From Guillardia theta CCMP2712 (taxonomy: Eukaryota; Protista; Cryptophyta), in contig NW_005434670.1 in NCBI RefSeq assembly GCF_000315625.1, forward strand, positions 1,132,258 through 1,196,257: a stretch of DNA of 64,000 nucleotides, given 5' to 3'. The position numbers and the translations under genes are program-made. This document shows positions 37,649-49,704 of this stretch, piece after piece (position 1 is the first letter of the stretch; every line of letters starts with the position of its first letter). Under the pieces are notes generated by a model. That model saw only the letters and a list, made by a program, of their open reading frames with translations. It ran no database searches and was not told where the DNA came from.

Positions 37649-38870
37649 TCTTCTGTTGTCTATGTTGCAACACAAAATATCACCGAAACTTGGCTTAATT
37701 GTATAGCAAAATGTAATCAGGCTCAGTAGCTGTTGAAGAGCTTCTAATATTGTCGACGGAACAGAAGCATTTCTAGATCTCCACTTACTTCAAGAACCAC
37801 AGTTGAAAATTGGGTGTAGCTTAAAAACTGATTAGGATAGCGGTGCTGTTTGAACTCAGGGCATATTGGTCGACCTGCAAGCAAGAACAGGATCAAGGGA
37901 TTAAGAGCTGTAATATCATCGCTGCAAGGTCATATTTCAACTCTTTGCATGGGTCTTCTGAAATCGTTCAGATTCTTGTTTGAAAACCTTTTTCACTTCT
38001 GAGGGATCAATCATGAAGACTTTCTCTGGCCTGTCCTACTAATTTCCTAGTCCTCAACAGGAAATCTCTTCTAGCTTTTCTTTTACCTTGTTGTTAGACT
38101 CCTACTTTATCAATTATGTGAATGCGAGCTGTTGTTTCCTTGTTTCCCTTCCTATTGCTTCAGTTGCACAAGGATGGTCAAAATTTTGCTGCCTTGCCTT
38201 TTCTACCTTTTTCTTCTGCTGATGCTGGCTCAGTTTTCCTTTTGCGTCGATTGATCTCCAGTCCTCTTCACTCCCTCTCTCCTCTCTGCTTCTCCTCTCT
38301 CCCACCCTTGCCATACTCTTGCACGCGTGTCGCCATGCTGCGATTGTGATTGATAACTTTAGGGACTGTTCCATAAGGGGTTGGTGCATCACTACTGTTT
38401 TCAAAATTTCTTTTTCAATTTCAAAATTTACGATATATTTCGAAAACATTTGTATTGTTTCAAATAGTTTAGAATGGGAGAGGCTGGTACAAACTTTGGT
38501 CAACCATTGTGAGGAGGAGCCCTGACCTTAGGCTCCTATGACCTGGTTGTACTGGATATGTTGACCTTTCCCTGCACAAAGTACCCTGGATTCTTACTAC
38601 CGCGAGTGGGGTACTTGAATGAGGGGGGTGAATTTGCTAGGACCTGCTATGGCAGAGGAGAGGTCACTATCAGAACTGACGTCTCCTCTTGTTGGGTAGG
38701 GAGGGGATGAGGCCACGGTTCAATACTGAGCCAGCCACTGAAGTCACTGCTAATGCCCGGCCCCGGGGATGATAAGCCGCTCGAGTCAGCGGGCCCGGAT
38801 ATGGACTGGCCTGAGGCTTTACTAGTTAAGCCTCCTCGACTCCGTCAGGCTCAGGGGCTGTTGCAAAGCC

Positions 38871-38905
38871 AAGTTAAGTTAAAAATCAGTATCGGAGGAC
38901 AATCA
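38871..38905 (+). repeat. Dispersed intergenic motif, copy 2 (AAGTTAAGTTAAAAATCAGTATCGGAGGACAATCA)
   Basis: Matches the copies at 7257 and 40826 with a 2-nt insertion. Confidence 0.8.
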
Positions 38906-39394
38906 GGAGACTCGGCGAGGACTGAGGCTTGACCCTGACACTGTCGCACAGGCCAAACGGCGAGAAGAGAAAAGACAGCGAGAACCAAACCCAACTTGTC
39001 CTCAGTGCCGACTGCTGTCCCCCAAACTTAATTGATACCTTCACTTAACTGCGCGCAGGACAATTCCCGCCGGGCCCCGCGCCATGTCAGTCTACTGAGT
39101 TACTCAAAGTCCGATCTACTAACTTTGAGTAAACTAGACTGGGCCGGCGTTGCCGTCGAAAAAAAAAGTCAGGCGGCTCGGAGGGGACCGTCGGACGGTG
39201 CAATTTGAATTCAAGTTTGCTAGTATTATCTCTTTTTTGAATTTGCACTGTGAAATTTAGCTAATAGCTGGGAAATTGGATCAAAATCCCTACTACCCCT
39301 GCACTAATGTTTACTCAGTCCCCTCCCCTAAAGTTCTTAGCTTCGCTCCCTTGCTACTTCAAGTCCCCTTCTCACGTCCCTCCTCACCGCCAGG

Positions 39395-39880
39395 ATGCAG
39401 TTTTCTGTCGATAGGCGCCGCTATGGATCTCTCGCTTACAGTGAGCACATCGAGAACCAGCACATGCACATCACCTTCGATGGAGGCAGCTTTGAGGCCT
39501 CGTCATCTACCTTCACCTACAGCAGACAGGGCGCCTTCAACATCTCTGCCCCAGCGTCAGGAAGCTCACGGCTGTGGATTGGAGGGGAAGTGTCATCTCC
39601 CTTTGGTGCTGGATCGTCTGCCCGTAAAGCTCCTTCTTCAGACGAACTCTTTAGAAAGATGAATGCCGTGACTGAGAAGCTTCGTCGTGAACAAGGATGG
39701 CCTAGTTCTAAAGGAGACGAACATGATTTCTCGAAACTCGTCAAGGCACACAAACCAATGTCAAACTCTGATAAGCAAAAATGCATTGATTACAGAAACC
39801 GCATCTGTCATCAACAAACACTGACAGATGACGAGAGCCGCGAGTTTGATGACCTTCTCAACCGCCTGTTGTGGACTTAG
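39395..39880 (+). CDS. Intronless 161-aa orphan protein with C-terminal helical region containing RNRICH (HEPN-like RxxxxH)
   Basis: Clean ATG-TAG ORF with protein-like composition; C-terminus is CIDYRNRICHQQTLTDDESREFDDLL. Confidence 0.5.
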   Translation: MQFSVDRRRYGSLAYSEHIENQHMHITFDGGSFEASSSTFTYSRQGAFNISAPASGSSRLWIGGEVSSPFGAGSSARKAPSSDELFRKMNAVTEKLRREQGWPSSKGDEHDFSKLVKAHKPMSNSDKQKCIDYRNRICHQQTLTDDESREFDDLLNRLLWT

Positions 39881-40819
39881 CTCCCAGGTCTCTTCAAGAT
39901 TGCAATATAATACAACCTTTAAGGATTCAGAGCCGGGATCCAACTTGTTTGCAATACATTGACTGTTACAATCGTGCAACACTGTTTGTATCCATCAAGC
40001 AAGTATCCTGAATCTTCAAAGTATGTTTCTGAAACAGGCAGGCTGGGCCAGCGTTCCCACCGTGAAGTCACTGAGTTCAAGTGGTGTGTATGTAGTAGTA
40101 GTTAACCTCCAGTAAACTTAGAGCTTTCCAAATAGCTTCTGATTCTCTATCTGCTAAAAATCTGCTCTACAACATTCTGGTTTGTGTAAATGGCTTGTGT
40201 GTGGGCACTGCGATAAATGACACCATCTTCTCCGTCATCCTGGGGGGACCGCACACATGGCGACCTGCAGGCACCGCAGCCCGTTATGGACTGATGCGCA
40301 TGAGAAGTGCAATGCCGTCCTCAGTACCCTCATCAAAGATTCAGGAGTGAGATGCTGCGTCCATGTGCAAGGCGTTCCCGGCCAGGCAGATCGTTTCCCA
40401 ACATGGCCCTGAAGATTATCACGTTGGGGATTTGGCCTTCCGCGATTGCAGGCTACTACTCGAGGCAGATGGCAATGATGGGGTAATCCTGGGCTTCAGC
40501 ACGTCACATGCCAAGTTTTTGACAATGATGGGATACAGGACCTTGCTCGGAGAATGCAAGCAGCAGCACAGAGGAACTTCCTACCAAAGGCCTTTCTTCC
40601 CATCATCTCCAGCACTGATGGACTCTTGCAGGATGATGCGTTGCGCTTCAAGAGTCCGTGGTGGGTAGCGGATCGCTCGGTGAACAAGGAAACGGCAGCG
40701 ATGGATGGTCTCTCGGCCTCGCAAGACGTCTCAGGTGACTCTGTGATCCGACTTGCAAACTTTGAAACTTTCAACGCATCCGCCGGGTCCAGGATCTTTC
40801 TACTCTCCTACTTTCAAGC

Positions 40820-40858
40820 CTTTACTCAAAGTTAAGTTAAAAATCAGTACGAGGACAA
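40820..40858 (+). repeat. Dispersed intergenic motif, copy 3 (CTTTACTCAAAGTTAAGTTAAAAATCAGTACGAGGACAA)
   Basis: Directly abuts a GC-rich patch; first 24 nt identical to 63115-63138. Confidence 0.85.
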
Positions 40859-41901
40859 CCCGGAGCGGCGGCCGGGCCGCTGGACTCGCCGCGGGGTGAC
40901 CGTAACCGTGAGGGTCTGAGTACTGTACGGCCGCGGGGGGCGGCGGTGGTCAAACCGGCCTGAGGCCCGAATCAGATAATTCAAGCCTGTAGCCTGTACA
41001 GTCGGGATCCGGGCCCGCCCCCCGGGCCGCCCGCAGTGTTGCCGCCCGGCCGAACCCTACCGTAGCCGCCGCCGTCCGAACGGTACCGGTAGCAGCAATG
41101 ATGGAGCGCCGACTCAAATCCTCCTCAGCGGCTCGGAGAGGCTCCATTCCATCATGATGATCATCGCTCCTACTGCTCCTCCCTCTTCTCCCTCCGAAGT
41201 TCTTCCCGGCAGTGAACCACCACCACCACCGTACCATCTCCTTGTCATCCTTGTCATCCTTCTCTTCCTTCCGAAGCTGAGTCAGGCTTCCCTCTCCTCC
41301 TCCTCCTGTTCAGTGTTGCTCAGTCCTGTTGCTCGTCCTGCTCCTGCTTCAGTGCTGCCTATGCTACTCCTGAGTCTGCTCCTGCGTCTGCTCCTGTGTC
41401 TGCTCCTCCTGCTCCTCAGCCACTCGAATTCGTCGTAATAATAGCTGTCACGGTTTCATGCTGAGACTACCATGTTTGTTGTTCGAGCTTCCTTGTAGAA
41501 GTAATATGTCCTAGAATTTGCTGGGTGATGGAGAGCTGTAGGTATTGAGGGGCGTGACTCGTTTGTGGCTGATTGAGTCGATGCGAGGGAACGGGAAGTG
41601 AAGATATTGAAAGTGATTCATCTAATAGAACAAGAGATGTTCAATTCCGTGATTGTGAGAAAGAAATTTTTCTTAAAATTATTCATTTGCAATCTAATTT
41701 CATTATGATACATGTCCCTCTTGAACAACGTTCCAGAATTCATCTTTTTCACTCTCCAATTTTTAATTGGCATCCAAAGCAACATCTTTCTTTCAGCTAA
41801 TTTGGCGCAGGTATCCAGGAGTTTGAAACACAACATGTCGGCACATTACGGTACATGTGCAGTTTTTTCACCTGTTCTCGCGTCATGACTCTCTGTCAGT
41901 C

Positions 41902-42207
41902 ATGCAGCCCTCTTACGGCAGCGCTCCTCCGCCCTCCTTTCCCCAGTACCCCAGCGGCATTCCTGGGACCTCTCAGATCTACAACCTCCCGCCCTCGCAA
42001 TCGACTCCCGTCCCGGTAGGTCGCAGGGGAGCGCATGGCACCGGCTGACAGTCATGGCAGATGATGCCGCCCAACGGCACGCAAATGATGCCCAACGGGT
42101 CTCAGGTCATGCCAGCCCCGCCCCCCATCAGCGCTCCCATCATCTACATCGACCCGGAGCCAACGGCCGAGCTCTTCAAGGAACAACCAGTTGTGTACAA
42201 CCTCTAG
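41902..42207 (+). CDS. Small proline-rich hypothetical protein (about 86 aa, 2 exons)
   Basis: MQPSYGSAPPPSFPQYP.. splices over GT-AG intron 42016-42060 to MMPPNGTQMMPNGSQVMPAPPP..PVVYNL*. Confidence 0.5.
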
Positions 42208-42291
42208 GCATGAAGGTGAATGTAGCCAGCGCATTGATTTTGCAGGATGAGATAAATGTTTGTGATGCCTTCATTAATCCTTTCTCATGCC

Positions 42292-44038
42292 TCAAAGATG
42301 TTGTCCGATCGCGTTTCCTGACAGCGAAGTATCGGGTGCCATCCGCTTCCAATTTACAAGTTCGCGCAAGATAACTTCGAGGCAATGCTTGGCTGTCTTC
42401 TTGCCCTCGGGAAGCTTATTCGTCACACCTGACCACCCATGAGACGAGGGAACCCCGGGGCAGCAGCAGCTCACCTAGAATCTCCGCTGAGTGCTTCACG
42501 TAGAAGTCTAAGCTGTCGGGGTCCTTGCATTTGTTGGTCAGCTTGGCTAGCCTCACCCTCTCCGACGCGAACTGCTCGTCGAGGTCGAAGAGGTCGAGAG
42601 CTGGCGGAGGAGGCTGACAGAGGGTGAGCACAGCGACTGGGCACAAGAGTTGAAGAGAGCACCTCTCTGAGGGCAGGAGGGAAGACAGCGGGTTGAAGCG
42701 GAGGCAGGGGAGCCTCGAATTGCGGAGGGATGAGGGTGAGCACTTCGTGCTTGACGTCGAGCTGCTTGTAGAGTTTGATCGCCTCCGGAATCTCGTCGGT
42801 GTCAAACTTAAACAGCTTGTCGTCAAACATGGACGCAAAGTCCCGGGGGATCTCCTCAGCCTCCTGCCGAAAATCCATCAGTTTTGCCTTTTCAGTCGGA
42901 AGTTTGGGACCTGAAGGCAGCACCGGACGCGACTTGCCAGTGCCCCAGTGTCCGGAACGTGATGATACTCGTTGATGTCCGGATCTTCAGCATCGTTGGA
43001 GTTGAGTTTGATCTCCTGCCCCGGCACCAACCATCTACATACACATGAGCCAAGGACATCAGCAGAATCCTCCAAGATCTTACTTCATAAGGACATCCAA
43101 TAATTTCCCGTTTTCCTCCTTTAACAACCATTCGTCATTGAACACTTTGTCTGACCCGAGTACAATCAATTTCCCCTGCTTGTGCAACTGGAACAAACTT
43201 TCAGTCGCAGCAATTCACACCAGAACCACTGACCAACTTTCCGTCATACACTGCTAATACCGGCCGATTCAGGGGATAAGATTCCTGACCCGTCGACAGC
43301 AGGGGGATGGCAGGTTTCTGAACATTCAGTGTCGCTCCATACGGGAACACGATTTCTAGCCCCCCGTGCAAATCATGCTGTGTGGAGGAGAGATCGACGC
43401 TTTCCCTCTCGCTCTTGGACGCTCCTGGAAGGCGAGCTATTGCATGAGAAAGCTCTCGATTCAACACTCCGTTGGATATCAGCACTTCCTTCGGATGTAG
43501 GTACTTGTGATACACTGATCGCACGGCACAATCGGAATTGATGTAGATCCCATACTCCTCCTGCAACACTTGTTCAGAAAACATGTATCTTTTCAATTGT
43601 TTGTGATCAATTACCAGCAAAAAATTGATGTTTGTTCCATATTTTCCCTCTCCTCCTTCTCCCAATAACATAAACACGCTCCCACCATCCTCAAGGTAGT
43701 TCTTAATGACAGCAAACTCTGACTTGGTGAACTTCTCGCGAGGACCCCAGAAGACAGCAATCTGTGTGTTTCTAACGTTGTATATTGATTGTTCGATCCC
43801 TTCCTTGTTCTGTTCACAGCATTTCAGACATTCGAGCAAGGCAACAACAAGAGCCAGACCTCGATGATGTTGTACTGCATCTTCAGCCTTCGTTGAAGCT
43901 TTCCACACATGTCATCAGGATGAAAGCAACAAATGAGCAGTTTACCTGTTTCAAGCCTTTGGAAGGCGTGAAGGTCTCTTTCTTGAAAGTGTCAAACACG
44001 ACCGTAATGGCGTTCGGCCCTGCACCGTCGCCGTCCAT
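42292..44038 (-). CDS. IFT52: Intraflagellar transport protein 52, multi-exon
   Basis: GPREKFTKSEF, GEGGE..TNINFLLEEYGI, YHKYLHPKEVLISNGVLNRE, FPYGATLNVQKPA, LIPPQFEAPLPPLQPAVFPP, PPPALDLFDLDEQFASE..LTNKC. Confidence 0.95.
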
Positions 44039-45091
44039 CGTGTAAAAACTTCTCCCTACAATGTTACAATCAGATTGCCAAGGAGAATCAAAGAAATTTC
44101 TTCATTGATGGAGCAATTCAATTGAGATAAATGAATTCGATGCATAACAAATTGCATTATCGCTGTTTGTTAGACAATACCGTTCGATCAGTTTTCTGTG
44201 CTTTGATGTTCTATCTACAAGGCTTTCACCAGCTATCAGAAAAGCAGGCATGTAAATCTCGCTCCAAGAAAACGAGAAGGAGCAGCCTGAAAGGGTGTTC
44301 TTTGGAGGTTTCCTTCAATCGAAATTCTGCTGGGAGCACATCCATGCACCCTACTTCAAATCTCATATCACCTGGGACACAGAACTCTCGCGCTCCTTCT
44401 CATCTCTAACTTCAGGCTATCCCGGACTTCGTTGTCAGTCCTATCGCAAATATGCCACACCACATGTACATCATCTAGCACCTCTCCTCTTACAACAACT
44501 GCATTACTGTACCACCTTCGCTTCTTGCACACACCCTCCTCGTCTGCATCTTTCGCTCTCCGCATTCTGCTGCTGTTCTCCTTCCATCTCTTCCTCATGT
44601 CCTCTAGTGCATGCCTTCTTCCCTCGCTCGCTCGCTCCCCCCTCCTGTTCCTCCTGATCCCCCTGCTCCTCCTCCTGCTCTCTTCCTGTCCTTCTCATTC
44701 GTACTGATCTATCTGCGCATCTTCGCCCGTCGGTTGTTTTCTGCATAATTTACTCAACCAATTCGAACCCTCGGACCCTACCTCTAGAGATGTGAAAGTA
44801 CCCCTACCTTCTGAAACACTCTTCAATCCACCCCCATTCCATAACTTCATCATCACCCCTACCCCTTCCATCACAATAAACCTCCTACCCCCCATATATT
44901 TGAACTTACCCTACCCCACCCCGGTTTTTCAAATGTGTGTACACACACTACCGCTACTTGCAACGCTCAGATCAAGGAAGAGCCCATGGTGGGACCATAA
45001 GATTACCCGGTATACGTCGGACCCCTACCTCCACACTTCGTCTCTCAGTCCGGGGGTTGAGTGGGTATGAGGCCGAAAGAAAGTGAAAAAC

Positions 45092-46581
45092 ATGCTCAAG
45101 GTGGGGATCCTTGCGGCCATGTCGGCGATGGCGGCGGGAGGAGGAGGAGGAGGAGGAGGTGGAGGAGGATCATTGGATACAGCATCTTTCCCGAAATCTC
45201 AGCAGTTTCTACTCAGAAACCAACAAGTTTGCTTCGCATCGCAAGGCACCCCTCAGAAATTTTCGGTGTTACAACGAGGATGTCGATGTGAACTGGGATC
45301 AGGAACGAGCAAGAAGTTGAACGAGGCGAAGACTATCGGGCGAAGGACAAGAATTATTTCACCCATCAACATGAAGAAAGAAGAGGTAAATTACGAACGA
45401 GGCGCTAAAGTTTAGTCATCAAGATGTTTGGCAGGATCCTGGAGTGTTCACTAAGTTAATCGATGAAAACACGTCGATTGCAGTTGGAGTCTTTAGCATC
45501 AGCGTCTTATTGGTCAACAGGTCTTCTTAAGGTCTGGTTGGAATTTGAACTGACTTGTTTTGTGCAGGCTGTTCACATCAGACCTCAGCAACGCACAGTG
45601 ATCACAGTAAGGGATCATGACGACAAACTGATTTACTCCTCTCTCAGATCGCGGGTGGATCTCCTCGGCATTGCTGTAGCGTCAGCTCTTCTCGTCTCCG
45701 CACTCTCCACGCTTGACCTTGAGGTTGCACCTGTTCTTGTTGACTTTGCACTGAGTTGTTACGGCAGGTAAGGGAGAAAGAGACGGTGAAGCTGGCAGGA
45801 GTTTGGTTTGAAGAAGTCTGTTCCTCTGAGCTCTCTGCCGCCTCCTCACTTCTTCTTGAAGCTCCCGAAGCTGCTCGACAAGAGAAGAGAGTCGCTGTTG
45901 CTGTGGAGTCTGCAGACCATCCTCCAGGTCGTCAGCCTGTCGCCTTGGCCCCCCCTCATGCTCCGGCAGGTGTGCTCCAATGCTCAGTCCGTGATCATCG
46001 GCAAGGGTCAGCAGGACATGATCGTCTTGACTGGAAGCGCCTGACTGTGAAGCAGAGGGCGCGACTCTCGTGCGCTATGGGGTGATGGGTCGAAACCAGC
46101 AGCTGCTGGCGAGGAACTTTGTTACCTTCGCCCCGACGTGACGGGGGGTGCAGGAAGGGGCGATAGTCAGGTCTGCTAAGCAGCAGGGGAAGCAGCAGTA
46201 CCTTGCGGATCTGCAGGTGGGAGGAGGAGGAGGAGGAGGAGGAGGAGGAGGAGGAGGAGGAGGAGGAGGAGGAGGAGGAGGAGGAAGGTGGGGGCAGGAG
46301 CGATGTTCTCTTGCTCACTTGCTGTAAGATTCTTCCGGGTCGATTCGAGTTCGACTACCTTCCAATCAACACCCAGGCTCTGCTTATTCAGGTGCTGCCC
46401 CTGCCCCCTGCCCCTGCCCCCTGCCCCTGCTCCCGCATGGATCGTTTCCCACACTCGCTTGCAGCCAGTGGGAGAAGCTGTCATGGTGGTGGCAGCAAAC
46501 AAGGTCCGTCCATTTACAGCGAGGGACCTGCTTATGCTGGAGTTGCTCGCTCCGATCCTCGGGTACGCGCTTGAGTCATGA
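45092..46581 (+). CDS. CCB2/CCB4-family cytochrome b6f heme ci assembly factor, probably plastid-targeted, multi-exon
   Basis: SRVDLLGIAVASALLV (TM), SELSAASSLLL, and the family-like C-terminus ILPGRFEFDYLPINTQALLIQ/PVGEAVMVVAANKVRPFTARD. N-terminal signal-like MLKVGILAAMSAMAA. Confidence 0.75.
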
Positions 46582-46910
46582 AGAAGCAGAGGGAGAGGCG
46601 GCAGCGTCTATCGCAGATGGACTGCGCGAGGAGGTTGAAGGAAGGCAATGAAGATGAGAATGAGCGACGAGGGAGGAAGCAGGGAGACGAATCGTCAGGA
46701 AACAAACAAGGCAGCCAGACTGGAAGCCGGAGGCACAACTCGGGAGACAGGGGGGATGATTGGGAGGAGGGGAAAGGTTGCGGGAGAAAAGAAGAAGAGC
46801 TTGAGGGTTCAGGGTTTTCAAAGTGAGGAATGGAGACATTCTCCAACTCCTTGCCTTCCTTCCCCTGACCGCCTTCCTTGACTTGTTTCACCCACACCTT
46901 TAAACACTTA

Positions 46911-49704
46911 TCACATTGTTCTACACACAAAGAGAATGAATATCAGAAACATCGGCCACTTTGCCGTTACTATCTCCAGCTCCCCTCTTGGTCCCTGCAA
47001 GAACTGCTCCATCCCCTCCTCCCCGGCTGCTGACCCACCTCCTTCAGCAATGTTCGCGGGGTGTCGGCCAGGCTGTCTTCTCGAAGTTCTGTGCGCAGTC
47101 AGTCCCTTACTCCCAGCATGCAGACACTCACGTCGACAAGCAGCAGCAGCGGGAGCAGTGCAGGAGGAAGGAGCTCCGCCTCTGCGCGACGTGTCAGAAG
47201 GGTCAGTGGAAGAGCGGAGGAGACCAGGGGCCATGTCGAGGAAGGGAAACAAGGAGCAGATGAGATCTCCTGCTGCCTGGAGGAGCATGAGGTTCAGAAT
47301 CCCATCGTGAGCTTTCATGCTAACCTGCTCTCCTCGCTGGATCCCCTCGCCTGTCTCGTCCTCCTCCACGAACGGCCACTGAAGATCCCGGTCAGATCCG
47401 GCGCAGGACGCAGCTGCCTGTACCTGGTGCTGGGTCGACTCGTGCTTCATAATGATGCCCCTCAAGACTTTTGACGTGCAGTAGGCAGACGAGAGGGCCT
47501 GAGCAGCGAGTCACTTGCCTCTTCAGCGTGAGCAGTTGAGACCTGCATCCTGTATCGGTCGTCGCTGTTGGTCGCAGCACAGGCAGACACTGCAGCTGTT
47601 AGGACGTCGGACACGCGGAATGCTCTGTGGGCCTGGAGGGGAGGGGGGAAGGAACGTCAACAAAGGAGGAAGAGAGAGAAGTAAGGAACCTGTTTGCACG
47701 TGAAGAACTTGGCTGCAAGGAGTCGGAGTGTGAGCTCCACCGCCTGCAGCTCCTCGTCAGCTGAGAAAGAAACACGAAATTCTCCTCCTCACCTGCCGCC
47801 CAGCCTTGACAACAGCTGGGTTTTGCTCGTTCTGACAACCACGTGAGTGATCAGAAGCAGAAGGTGATAAATGGGGAAGAGAAACCAGAGAGGAATGTAA
47901 GAGGGAGGGAGGGAGGATAAGAGTCAGGGCTGGGGCAAGGGAGACTGAGACGAGACGCATGTACACCTGGCGTTGTTGATTCTCAATCTGCCTCATCAAG
48001 GTGTGTCTCTGTCTGCTTGGAATCGCTTCCATGCATTCCGACGAGATGCGAGGAAGCGGCGCGAAGATGCCATTGGAGGGCTTCACCCCCATCGAACTTC
48101 CGCTAGCAGATGCCTATGAGGAGGAGGAGGGAGAAGGAGAGGGAAGGGAGAGGAGTCAACACAGTTTCACATCTCAAGAGCAGCAGCACCTTGTCCTCTC
48201 CTTGTTTTCCTCCGGTCACAGGTCCATTCCTCGTCAGGTTCGGGTTGTCGTAAGCCGCTGACTCGAAGCTGCTCATGACCGGGCCGCCGCTTCCTCCTCT
48301 TTGGAAGCTCGCGGGAGGGAAGGCCATGCTGGACGCGTGAGCATGCGGCATCAGCACTTGATCGCCTGGAGACTGCGGGCTACGAGGGTGGGGGCTCGGG
48401 GACCCGTCATGGATGGCGAAGGCCTGGAGGGACTGAGCGGCTTTCTCGAGCATGGCGAACTGGCGGCGATGGGACGCGAGGGAGTCGGAGGGGTCGACGG
48501 ACCAGTCACCATGGAAGGAGTTGTCAAGGCTGTTGCTCTCTACGTTCACGTACCCGTGGGCTGAGCCGTCAAGCGAGCGGATCCCGTGGAAAGTCGCGCC
48601 ATGCAGTGAGTTGTCGGCGGAGCTCCAGCCATGCTCGGACACGTCGCGTGAAGCCGGAGGGGACGTGATCTTTGAAGGCCGCTCCTCTGTGCCATGGCCG
48701 AATGAGCTCGAGTGATTCACGTAGTCACCCAGCTTGCGTTTCAGCTTCGAGTCGCAGTCCGTCAGCGATGACGCGCGTCGCGGCTTCCCGGCTTCCGCGC
48801 GCATGGCGTCACTCACGGCGACGTTGCTGGCCTTCCACTCCTGCATGCTCGGGTCATCACGGAGGAGAGGAGGGAGAGAGCTGACCTGCCCGAAGCCTTG
48901 CATGACTATCTGGAACGCCATCATCCACTGAGCAGCCTCCCACTGCGACGCTGCTCGGAGGACGAGGGTCCGTTCGTGGCAAGTGACGATGAGCTCGTTG
49001 ATCTCTTTGCCCTTGTGCACCTTCAGGCCTCCACCATCGAAGTTAACCATCTTCTGAACTCCCAAGTTGTTCGGGTCTGCAAAGTAGGAGAGGCGCGTCT
49101 GGCTCAGGACGAACCATCGCTTGCGCCACCCCCAACCTCCCGAAGTTCTCTTCCTCAACCACCCGCTCTTAATCGAGTCAGCAAATGCTTGCGCGTTGCT
49201 CGAGCTCGAGCTCGCAAAGTGCGGAGTGATGGGCCCCCAACTCTGATGCTCCTTCCCTCTCGCTCCTCCGTTCTTCGAGTCCGACTCGGCAGCCTTGTCT
49301 TCGCTCAGCTCCGTCTTCACGTCTACTCCAGCATCACCCCGAGCTGCAGCAGGAGTCTGCTGCTCCTCCTTCACATCCACAAAGTGCTTGCTCATCGTTT
49401 CATCGCTTCTCGGAGACACGTCAACGTATTCGGGCACGAACGTAAAGGCGCTGGCTAAGGGCAGGCTCCGGTGCCCCATGGCGCTTTCAAGGTAGCAGGG
49501 CTTGGGAGGACTTTCAAGAGGCCTGCCTGGTCCATCCAAGCTTGCACGAAAGCTTTCAAGGTTAGAGCTGTAGAGGTCTAAACTCGTCCTGTCCTGTCCC
49601 CATGCTACCTCCGATGAAAACTCGCACCCAGCATCATCGAGGAACAGGGGCTGGTCGGCAGACGCCATATCCAAGCTTGCTCTGCCCTCCCCAAAGAAGT
49701 CCAT
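46911..49704 (-). CDS. PH-domain protein with long disordered Ser-rich regions; 3' exon structure uncertain
   Basis: IKSGWLRKRTSGGWGWRKRWFVLSQTRLSYF..RTLVLRAASQWEAAQWMMAF is a classic PH domain. Further same-strand ORF pieces lie at 47757-48092 and 46911-47465. Confidence 0.7.

Noticed and set aside
38114-38525. 129-aa ORF and neighbours as a gene or transposase fragment
   Set aside because: No recognisable motif, non-ATG start and part low complexity; cannot be supported.
40200-41840. Fragmentary ORFs (40363-40835, 41154-41438, 41618-41836)
   Set aside because: No coherent spliced model or family motif could be built; possibly decayed sequence.
1231-44038. Functional flagellar cluster linking VSP and IFT52
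   Set aside because: They are about 36 kb apart with unrelated genes between, and eukaryotic neighbourhood gives no support.
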